NCBI GenBank assembly: GCA_004020315.1
Contig: SAQG01000025.1
Coordinates: forward strand, 13,919 to 77,918
Direction: 5' to 3'
Source: Mesorhizobium sp.
GTDB taxonomy: Bacteria; Pseudomonadota; Alphaproteobacteria; Rhizobiales; Rhizobiaceae
Length of the DNA: 64,000 nt
Positions 48,926 to 55,837 of this stretch are shown here, in pieces. The number at the start of each line of letters is the position of its first letter. The stretch's first letter is position 1. Made by a program: the position numbers and the translations under genes. The notes under the pieces are model-generated. The model was not told the origin of the DNA, did not search any database, and saw nothing but the letters and a program-made list of their open reading frames with translations.

Positions 48926-49475
48926 GATCTCCCCCCTTGTGGGGGAGATGTCCGGCAGGACAGAGGGGGGCGCTGTCCCGCCACCCTTGCCGTGGTTACA
49001 TCCCGCTCCGGCCGTTCATTCAGACGCGCGCCCCAGGCCAGCCGCAATCACAATATGCTGGCAGACATTGTCGATGTCGCGGATTATGTCGTCGTTCCAG
49101 AAACGCAGGACGATCCAGCCGTCCTGTTCCAGACGCACTGTCCTTGCTTGGTCGCTGGCGACAGCATCGGTTTCCGTATGATGGCAGCCGTCGGCTTCGA
49201 CAACAAGTTTCTTCTCCGGGCAAGCGAAGTCGACAATGTAACCGGCGATCGGAAATTGTCGCCGGAAGCCAAGCCCCATCAGCCGGTGCGCGCGAAGCTC
49301 GTTCCAGAGCTTCAATTCAGCTGATGTCATGACCTTGCGCATCGATCTGGCGTTTGCGCGATGTTTTGGAGGCAATGGCGTATGAGGCATTGTCAGTGCT
49401 CGATGGCTATTGAAGTTGGCGCTCTACGGCGCCCCCCTCTGTCCTGCCGGACATCTCCCCCACAAGGGGGGAGAT
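48926..49475. mobile_element. REPIN-like cassette D4: 47-bp perfect inverted arms (48927-48973 and 49429-49475) enclosing the DUF559 gene
   Basis: The reverse complement of 48927-48973 is identical to 49429-49475 (GCGCCCCCCTCTGTCCTGCCGGACATCTCCCCCACAAGGGGGGAGAT), compared by hand. The gene ends 42 nt from the left arm and starts 38 nt from the right arm. Mobility is a hypothesis only. Confidence 0.4.
49016..49390 (-). CDS. DUF559 (Vsr-like endonuclease fold) domain protein
   Basis: 124 aa. MTSAELKLWNELRAHRLMGLGFRRQFPIAGYIVDFACPEKKLVVEADGCHH...RFWNDDI, the canonical DUF559 pattern. Confidence 0.85.
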   Translation of the reverse strand: MPHTPLPPKHRANARSMRKVMTSAELKLWNELRAHRLMGLGFRRQFPIAGYIVDFACPEKKLVVEADGCHHTETDAVASDQARTVRLEQDGWIVLRFWNDDIIRDIDNVCQHIVIAAGLGRASE

Positions 49476-49497
49476 TGGCGCTTGGCCGCTGCGCCAG

Positions 49498-50124
49498 CTA
49501 CCCCACAAACCCCACGCTCTTGTGGCTGCCGTCGCAAAACGGCTTGTTCGCCGAATGGCCGCAGCGGCAGAGGAAGGTGCGTTGCGTGCGGTCGACCGTG
49601 TGGCCGGTGCCGGTGACGATTTCGAGATTGCCCTCGAGCTTGAGCGGGCCGTTCTTGGTCGGCGTCACGGTGAGCGGGCCATTCCTCGCGTCCAGCGCCG
49701 GCGTGTCCTTCAGCGCCGGCTCGCCGGTGGCGGTAAAGCCTGATTTGGTGTGGCTGCCATCGCAGAACGGCTTGTTTTCCGAAGCGCCGCAGCGGCACAG
49801 CGTGGCGCGAAAAGACGTCTCGCCATCCAGCACGATCTCGGCATGCAACGCCAGCGGACCGTTTTCCCGGATGCGCACGGTGTTGACCACCGGCGGCTGT
49901 TCCTGCGGCCCGCCATCCTTTCTGATGTAGGTGATGGCGCCCGATGGGCAGCTTTCGGCGATCGCCACGATCTTCTCAACGCTGGCCGCCTCGGGATGGA
50001 TCCACTGACCCTTCGCGTTGGGCACGAAGACACGCGGATCGCCAAGCACGCAATTGCGCGAATGGATGCAGCGTTTTCCTGAAAAGCCGACATCGATCTT
50101 TTCGCCTTCGACCATGCCTGCCAT
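49498..50124 (-). CDS. CDGSH iron-sulfur domain protein with an N-terminal divergent 4Fe-4S-type module
   Basis: Two CDGSH motifs (NKPFCDGSHTKSGF and NKPFCDGSHKSVGF) plus an N-terminal Cys cluster (CIHSRNC ... CPSGAI). Confidence 0.85.
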   Translation of the reverse strand: MAGMVEGEKIDVGFSGKRCIHSRNCVLGDPRVFVPNAKGQWIHPEAASVEKIVAIAESCPSGAITYIRKDGGPQEQPPVVNTVRIRENGPLALHAEIVLDGETSFRATLCRCGASENKPFCDGSHTKSGFTATGEPALKDTPALDARNGPLTVTPTKNGPLKLEGNLEIVTGTGHTVDRTQRTFLCRCGHSANKPFCDGSHKSVGFVG

Positions 50125-50246
50125 GGGTGGGGTCTCCTAGGTTGCAGATAGGCTAGGGCTGCTGCGCGAAGGGCGTCAAGTAGCGCCTTTCTTTCCCTTG
50201 TGGGCAGGACCATGTCAGGGATTATCGAAGGCCCCCAAGGACGGAC

Positions 50247-50388
50247 GATTTCCCCTTGAGGGGGAGATGTCGCCGAAGGCGATAGAGGGGTCGGTACGTC
50301 CTGACACGACCCCATCGCGGACAGAGGATGCCGGTGCTCCACGCGAGGCTTCTGGCCTGCCGGCCTTCTCCCCCTCAAGGGGAGATGG
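50247..50388. repeat. REP/REPIN-like inverted doublet D5 (units 50247-50294 and 50347-50388)
   Basis: Unit 1: GATTTCCCC-ttga-GGGGGAGAT, GTCGCC-gaa-GGCGAT, AGAGGGGTCGG. Unit 2 inverted: GGCC-tgcc-GGCC, TTCTCCCC-ctcaa-GGGGAGAT. As a whole it is the reverse-orientation counterpart of D3. Confidence 0.85.
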
Positions 50389-50404
50389 CCGCGTCAACCC
50401 ACCC

Positions 50405-52150
50405 GACAACATAAAAAAGTATTGGCCGCATGCATGTCGATCACTGCACGTTGACGCGCAAGGACAGGCGTTACAAACTAGCCCAGTTTTAAGAAGAACT
50501 AACCAAAGGCGGCTGGTCGTGATTGAGTTCACCGGGGACGACCCAAACGTTTTTGCCGAAAGGATGCTCGAAAATGGTTACATCCCCGAGAATGTTCCAC
50601 CCCCCTTCAGAATAGAAAATCTACACGAAGCCTATCTGACGTACGCAGCTAGCGGCGAGTACATAACGGGAAAGGTACCGACGGAGAGTACTCGCTACAA
50701 CGCTTCTAAACGAAATCGCCAGCGGCGTATTTTTTCGATGCCGAATCCCGTTTTCATGATCGACTGTGTTAAGTATTTTATCGATCGAGCAGACCAAATT
50801 GACGAGCATTTCTCTTTGTCGAGTGACTCCTGTTCGAAACCAGTTTTTATCCCGTCTGGCTCTCGAGCACTCCAGATCGATAGCTTCAACGACTTTTATC
50901 TGAAAAGACGCCGCACATTTTCTACGTCCAGATACATCGTAAAATGCGACATATCGCGTTTCTATCACTCAATATACACCCACTGCATCCCTTGGGCTCT
51001 TCACGGGAAAGGTAAGGCCAAGGCCGATCGCAAAGTCGACTCCGATTCTATCTTTGGCAATCGACTGGATTTTACAATTCGACAAAGCCAAGACGGGCAG
51101 ACAGTTGGAATTCCAGTCGGGCCGGATTTTTCTCGTCTCATTTCGGAAATTGTGGCAACCAGAATTGACGCTAGTTTCCGGTCGACAGCGGGAGCAGATG
51201 TCCCTGTTTTGCGATTGGTAGACGACATTTATCTGGGAGCCGACAACCTTGATGAGGCCTACGGGCTTCTTGGAGTAATGCGGGATTCAATCCGAGAGCT
51301 AGAACTTGATATAAACGAGGCCAAAACCGTAGTCATCGATGCAAGCAGGGACTTTGAATCGCCTTGGCCAGTACATATTAGACAGTCAATTGACAGATTT
51401 AAGGAGTACAAGCAGTCCCTCGTTCCAGAGTTTATTCATGTTCTAGACGAGATAATATCTATATCGATCGATAAAAATGACGATGGGATTATTAAATACG
51501 CTCTTCGCAAGCTGGATAACGAGCTGGTATGGGTAGACTATTGGGAAGCAATTGAGCCATTTCTGATTAGGTGCTGCATATCGTTCCCGCACAGCTGGGA
51601 CTACGTGGCTCAGATAGTTTCCTTGAGAAATGCTATCTCTGGAATTGATAAATCTACTTGGTCGCGCGCGATCAACAAATCATTAGCACAGAACGTCCGT
51701 ACGGGTCACGACTTCGAGGTAACCTGGAGCCTCTGGCTCGCACGGCAATTGAAGATCGAAATTGACGACAAGATATTTGAGCAGATCTTTGAGAAGTGCG
51801 GGTCCTTTTCAATGCTGGTTGCGCTTGACGTACACAAAAATAGCGGGATGGCATGCAAGGTGCCCAAGCAGACCATCCTGTCAAGGTTAGGAGATAAACC
51901 TTGCCTCGGCCCCTTTTGGTTACTTGCGTTCGAAGCCGACCGGCAGTTCGATCTCAAGATCAAGACTAAGAACCTTCAGGGGCACGACTTTTTTAAGTCT
52001 CTTTATGATGACGATGTGTCATTCTATGATTCAGATTTTGAGTTCTTTGACACCGACGATCTTCTTACGACAGGAAAAACAGCTATTAAGAAAACAACGT
52101 CGTATGACGACTCGGAGATCGACGAAATTGAGGATGATTTTTGATCGAAG
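50405..52150. other. AT-rich islet (probable horizontally acquired insert) containing only the RT gene
   Basis: By eye, base composition drops sharply at about 50405 and recovers at about 52150. The flanks are GC-rich core genes (CDGSH protein, lepA). Exact GC was not computed. Confidence 0.65.
50519..52144 (+). CDS. AbiK/Abi-P2-like (UG/Abi class) reverse transcriptase with a C-terminal helical-repeat domain and an acidic tail; candidate abortive-infection/defense RT
   Basis: Part of ORF 50198..52144. I place the start at GTG 50519 (AAAGG 9-10 nt upstream) because everything upstream is the D5 repeat and a GC-rich spacer; ATG 50564 is an alternative. RT motifs: RRIFSMPNP; VKCDISRFYHSIYTHCIPWALHGKGKAK; GIPVGPDFSRLISEI; LRLVDDIYLG; LDINEAKT. 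These parallel AbiK as I recall it (LDLSNFYHTLYTHSIPW, HGIPTGNLLSRIITE, SRYVDDF). Confidence 0.8.
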   Translation: MIEFTGDDPNVFAERMLENGYIPENVPPPFRIENLHEAYLTYAASGEYITGKVPTESTRYNASKRNRQRRIFSMPNPVFMIDCVKYFIDRADQIDEHFSLSSDSCSKPVFIPSGSRALQIDSFNDFYLKRRRTFSTSRYIVKCDISRFYHSIYTHCIPWALHGKGKAKADRKVDSDSIFGNRLDFTIRQSQDGQTVGIPVGPDFSRLISEIVATRIDASFRSTAGADVPVLRLVDDIYLGADNLDEAYGLLGVMRDSIRELELDINEAKTVVIDASRDFESPWPVHIRQSIDRFKEYKQSLVPEFIHVLDEIISISIDKNDDGIIKYALRKLDNELVWVDYWEAIEPFLIRCCISFPHSWDYVAQIVSLRNAISGIDKSTWSRAINKSLAQNVRTGHDFEVTWSLWLARQLKIEIDDKIFEQIFEKCGSFSMLVALDVHKNSGMACKVPKQTILSRLGDKPCLGPFWLLAFEADRQFDLKIKTKNLQGHDFFKSLYDDDVSFYDSDFEFFDTDDLLTTGKTAIKKTTSYDDSEIDEIEDDF

Positions 52151-52153
52151 CTT

Positions 52154-52178
52154 GCCATCGATCCACCGGATCGATGGC
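52154..52178. terminator. Perfect 11-bp hairpin (GCCATCGATCC-acc-GGATCGATGGC) between the convergent RT and lepA genes
   Basis: Read directly, 10 nt after the RT stop. There is no U-tract on either strand, so it is terminator-like only by position. Confidence 0.4.
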
Positions 52179-52215
52179 TCGGCACCGCGCTGCGCGCGGA
52201 CGCCCGACCGGCGCC

Positions 52216-54021
52216 TCAATCCCCCATCTTCAGCGCCTGGATAAACGCTTCCTGCGGGATATCCACCTTGCCGAACTGGCGCATCCGCTTCTTGCCCTCT
52301 TTCTGCTTGTCGAGCAGCTTGCGCTTGCGTGAGACGTCGCCGCCGTAGCATTTGGCCGTGACGTCCTTGCGCAGCGCCGAGATCGTTTCGCGGGCGATGA
52401 CCTTGCCGCCGATGGCCGCCTGGATCGGGATCTTGAACAGATGGTTCGGGATCAGCTCCTTCAGCTTCTCGCACATCAGCCGGCCGCGCTTTTCCGCCGC
52501 CGTGCGGTGGACCAGCATCGACAGCGCGTCGACCGGCTCCTCATTGACCAGGATCGACATTTTCACCAGGTCGCCCTCGCGGTAGTCGGTCAGGTGATAG
52601 TCGAAGGAGGCGTAGCCCTTGGAGATCGACTTCAGCCGGTCGTAGAAGTCGAAGACGACCTCGTTGAGCGGCAGATCGTAGATCAGCATGGCGCGCTTTC
52701 CTACGTAAGAAAGATCCGATTGGATGCCGCGCCGGTCCTGGCAGAGTTTTAGGATGCCGCCGAGATACTCGTCGGGGGTGAGGATGGTGGCGCGGATCCA
52801 CGGCTCCTCGATGGCCTGGATTTTGACCACGTCGGGCATGTCGGCCGGGTTGTGCAGTTCTTTCGTCGTGCCGTCGTTCAACAGCAGCCGGTAGACGACC
52901 GACGGTGCGGTGGCGATGAGGTCGAGATTGAATTCGCGCTCCAGCCGCTCCTGGATGATTTCCAGATGTAAAAGGCCAAGGAAGCCGCAGCGATAGCCGA
53001 AGCCGAGCGCGGCGCTGGTTTCCATTTCAAAGGAGAAGCTGGCGTCGTTGAGGCGCAATTTGCCGACCGCGGCGCGCAGATCCTCGAAATCGGCGGCGTC
53101 GACCGGGAACAGGCCGCAGAACACCACCGGCTGCGCCGGCTTGAAGCCGGGCAGGGCCTGCGCCGTCTGGCGCTTGTCCTCGGTGATGGTGTCGCCGACA
53201 CGGGTGTCGGCGACTTCCTTGATCGAGCCGGTGAAGAAGCCGAACTCGCCGGGGCCGAGCTCGTCGACATTGATGCGGGCAGGGGTGAAGACACCGGTGC
53301 GCTCGACCAGATACTTGGCGCCGGTGCCCATCATGCGGATGGTCTGGCCCTTCTTCAGCACGCCGTCGATGACGCGGACCAGCACGATGACGCCGAGATA
53401 GGCGTCGTACCAGCTGTCGACCAGCATCGCCTTGAGCGGGGCCGTGATATCGCCCTCGCGCGGCGGCGGCAATTCGTTGACGATCGCCTCCAGCACGTCG
53501 GGAATGCCGAGCCCCGTCTTGGCCGAAATCAGCACGGCGTTGGAGGCGTCGATGCCGATCACCTCCTCGACCTGCTCGCGGATGCGTTCGGGCTCGGCGG
53601 CCGGCAGGTCGACCTTGTTCAGCACCACGACGATCTCGTGGTTGTTGTCGATGGCCTGGTAGACATTGGCCAGCGTCTGCGCCTCGACGCCCTGGCTGGC
53701 ATCGACGACCAACAGCGAGCCCTCGCAGGCGGCAAGCGACCGCGACACCTCGTAAGCGAAGTCGACATGGCCGGGCGTGTCGATCAGGTTGAGGATATAG
53801 TCCTCGCCATTGCTGGCGCGGTATTTCAGCCGCACAGTCTGCGCCTTGATGGTGATGCCGCGCTCGCGCTCGATGTCCATCGAGTCCAGCACCTGCTCCT
53901 TCATGTCGCGCAGCTCCAGCCCGCCGGTGGACTGGATCAGCCGGTCGGCAAGCGTGGATTTGCCATGGTCGATATGGGCGACGATGGAGAAATTGCGGAT
54001 GTTCTTAATCGGCGTTGTCAT
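52216..54021 (-). CDS. lepA: Translation elongation factor 4 (LepA)
   Basis: ATG at 54021 ([27 protein letters not shown]) inside ORF 52216..54078. DTPGHVDF and NKVD GTPase motifs. Confidence 0.95.
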   Translation of the reverse strand: MTTPIKNIRNFSIVAHIDHGKSTLADRLIQSTGGLELRDMKEQVLDSMDIERERGITIKAQTVRLKYRASNGEDYILNLIDTPGHVDFAYEVSRSLAACEGSLLVVDASQGVEAQTLANVYQAIDNNHEIVVVLNKVDLPAAEPERIREQVEEVIGIDASNAVLISAKTGLGIPDVLEAIVNELPPPREGDITAPLKAMLVDSWYDAYLGVIVLVRVIDGVLKKGQTIRMMGTGAKYLVERTGVFTPARINVDELGPGEFGFFTGSIKEVADTRVGDTITEDKRQTAQALPGFKPAQPVVFCGLFPVDAADFEDLRAAVGKLRLNDASFSFEMETSAALGFGYRCGFLGLLHLEIIQERLEREFNLDLIATAPSVVYRLLLNDGTTKELHNPADMPDVVKIQAIEEPWIRATILTPDEYLGGILKLCQDRRGIQSDLSYVGKRAMLIYDLPLNEVVFDFYDRLKSISKGYASFDYHLTDYREGDLVKMSILVNEEPVDALSMLVHRTAAEKRGRLMCEKLKELIPNHLFKIPIQAAIGGKVIARETISALRKDVTAKCYGGDVSRKRKLLDKQKEGKKRMRQFGKVDIPQEAFIQALKMGD

Positions 54022-54185
54022 GTCGCGCGCTTTAGCAGGGGCAGCTTGCCCGGGCAAGCGGCGGCGGGCGCGGCGCATAAGCCGCCGACGGGCGCAAAGC
54101 CGTTAAACTTTGATCCATCAGATTAGAGCATAGTTCGCGCCCTGCGTGACAGGCTACGACCTGTCACCGTTTGGGGGGCCAAGCA

Positions 54186-55235
54186 ATGCCACAGTCTGAA
54201 AGCCATTTTCTCACGTCCGAGAGCGGCTCCTTAGCGCCGATACTCGCCGTCATGCTTATCCCGATGTGTGCCGCGCTGGGCATTTCGGTCGACTATAACG
54301 CGGCCGTTGCGACCAGGGCATCGATGCAGAATGCGCTCGATGCCGCAACGCTGTCGATCACGACGCTGCCGACAGGTACCACATTGGCAGACCGGCAGGT
54401 GAAGCTGCAGGAGTCGTTTGCGGCCAATAGCGGGCAAGGCACCGCCAAGCTCGACAGCTTCGTCGTCGCCGCCGACGGCACCGCCAGCATCACTGCTTCG
54501 GCCCGGTTTGCGATGCCGACGAACTTCATGCAGATCGCCCATGTCGACACGGTGCAGATCGGGGTTGCGTCGGCAGTGCGCAAGCGGCCAGCGCTGGTGC
54601 AGACCACGTTCAAGGTCGACCTGGTTTCGGGCTATTGGGACAAGATAATGACGCTCTACGGCACGAAGTTCGGCGAGACTGCGGCTAATCCGTTGATGAA
54701 GATCACCTATGTCTATAACAAGTTTGGTGATCCGAAAGGCTACGGCACGTCGACAGTGTATACGGTCAATGGAGCGACGAGCACGAAGGTCCAGGAACAA
54801 AAATGCACAACCAGGACGGTGCTGAGTTTCAGCAACCTGCCCACCGGGGCAATCACACAGGTTAGCGGCGGCAGGAGATACCTGACGACCTGCACCAACA
54901 CCATGTACCCGGCGAACGGCGCCGGCGCGGTGATCGACGTCAGCCAGATGGATGTGCTGTATCTGCAGATGGATGTGCCATCGGCTCAGCAACCCAAGCT
55001 CAAGTCGAATGACGCAAATACGTCGAACCGGTTGTACATCGACGGCGTTGAAGTCGCGAACGGCAAACTGGTGGACATCTTCACCGCGGTGCCGTGCGGC
55101 CAACCCAGCAAGCAGGCCTGGGAAGATGGCGGAACGACTGTACCGGCTCCAGTGTCCAACGCCGACTTTTTCTATACGGTGACCGGCAAGTGCGACTTCA
55201 ATCAGCGGCCTTCGCAAACAGTGCTTACGCAATAG
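54186..55235 (+). CDS. TadE/TadG-like (Flp pilus assembly) N-terminal domain protein, orphan
   Basis: ATG at 54186 inside ORF 54171..55235. The N-terminus GSLAPILAVMLIPMCAALGISVDYNAAVATRASMQNALDAATLS fits the TadG-like membrane-anchor motif. The remaining ~280 aa are T/S/G-rich and unassigned. Confidence 0.65.
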   Translation: MPQSESHFLTSESGSLAPILAVMLIPMCAALGISVDYNAAVATRASMQNALDAATLSITTLPTGTTLADRQVKLQESFAANSGQGTAKLDSFVVAADGTASITASARFAMPTNFMQIAHVDTVQIGVASAVRKRPALVQTTFKVDLVSGYWDKIMTLYGTKFGETAANPLMKITYVYNKFGDPKGYGTSTVYTVNGATSTKVQEQKCTTRTVLSFSNLPTGAITQVSGGRRYLTTCTNTMYPANGAGAVIDVSQMDVLYLQMDVPSAQQPKLKSNDANTSNRLYIDGVEVANGKLVDIFTAVPCGQPSKQAWEDGGTTVPAPVSNADFFYTVTGKCDFNQRPSQTVLTQ

Positions 55236-55301
55236 GCTGACCGCTGCGGCGCGCCCCGAAGGGACGCGGGTCCGCACAGCATCACATCTCAGCGCCGTCC
55301 G

Positions 55302-55325
55302 GTCGCCCCGGGGCGGCGTTTTGTT
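55302..55325 (+). terminator. Candidate intrinsic terminator after the TadG-like gene
   Basis: GTCGCC-ccgg-GGCGGC stem-loop followed by GTTTTGTT. Confidence 0.5.
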
Positions 55326-55509
55326 GCGGGCGACGGTGCGAAATTCGAAGGAGCAGGGGTTGACGCCGTTTGGCTTCCCCCGTGTGGCTTCCCTCTTGTG
55401 CGAAGGGAAGGAGTGATCACGAAGCGGTGATGGCTGTAACGAAGCCCCAGGCGGCGGCGAAGAGCTGATGTGATCGCCAATTCCGGCGCCACCAACCCTG
55501 GAGACCATC

Positions 55510-55728
55510 ATGACCAACCGCCCGACCTTGCCGGCACTTGCCTTCGCGCTTTGCTCGACGGCGCTTTTCGCCGGTGGCATTGCGCGCGCCGAAGATGCGA
55601 TGAAGCCGGCCGATCCGATGGCGGCCGAAAAGATGAAGGACTGCATGGACAAGGCTGCCATGGAAACCGACGCGATGAAAAAGGACGAGGCGACCAAGAC
55701 CTGCGACGCGATGGAGACGGCCAAGTAG
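55510..55728 (+). CDS. Small secreted Met/Lys/Asp-rich protein (MXKDX-repeat-like)
   Basis: 72 aa. Signal peptide MTNRPTLPALAFALCSTALFAGGIARA, then AMKPAD, AEKMKD, CMDKA, AMETD and AMKKDE units. Confidence 0.6.
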   Translation: MTNRPTLPALAFALCSTALFAGGIARAEDAMKPADPMAAEKMKDCMDKAAMETDAMKKDEATKTCDAMETAK

Positions 55729-55837
55729 GCCGCGTCCGGAACGGGGTCGCGGACGATGCACGCGCCCGCACGGCAATGTGAAACCGCGACGGACCCATCT
55801 GTCGTATAGTCGTAAACTCAGGCATGGGAGATCAGAG

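Noticed and set aside
50198-50518. The 5' extension of the RT ORF given in the track (TTG start at 50198)
   Set aside because: These 107 codons run straight through the D5 repeat doublet (translation FPLEGEMSPKAIEG...FSPSRGDG) and GC-rich spacer, which recur elsewhere as non-coding repeats. The RT-like sequence and the AT-rich composition begin only near 50519.
50247-52144. Retron (msr/msd inverted repeats upstream of an RT)
   Set aside because: The RT motif spelling (DISRFYHSIYTH, xVDD, helical C-domain) is Abi/UG-like, and I see no retron-type YADD or VTG signatures. The upstream inverted repeats belong to a family found at four other RT-less sites in this window. The idea is kept only as a low-probability item in the findings.
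50405-52150. Group II intron or diversity-generating retroelement
   Set aside because: There is no maturase X or endonuclease domain, no domain V/VI-like RNA structure flanking the ORF, and no template/variable repeat pair or target gene nearby.
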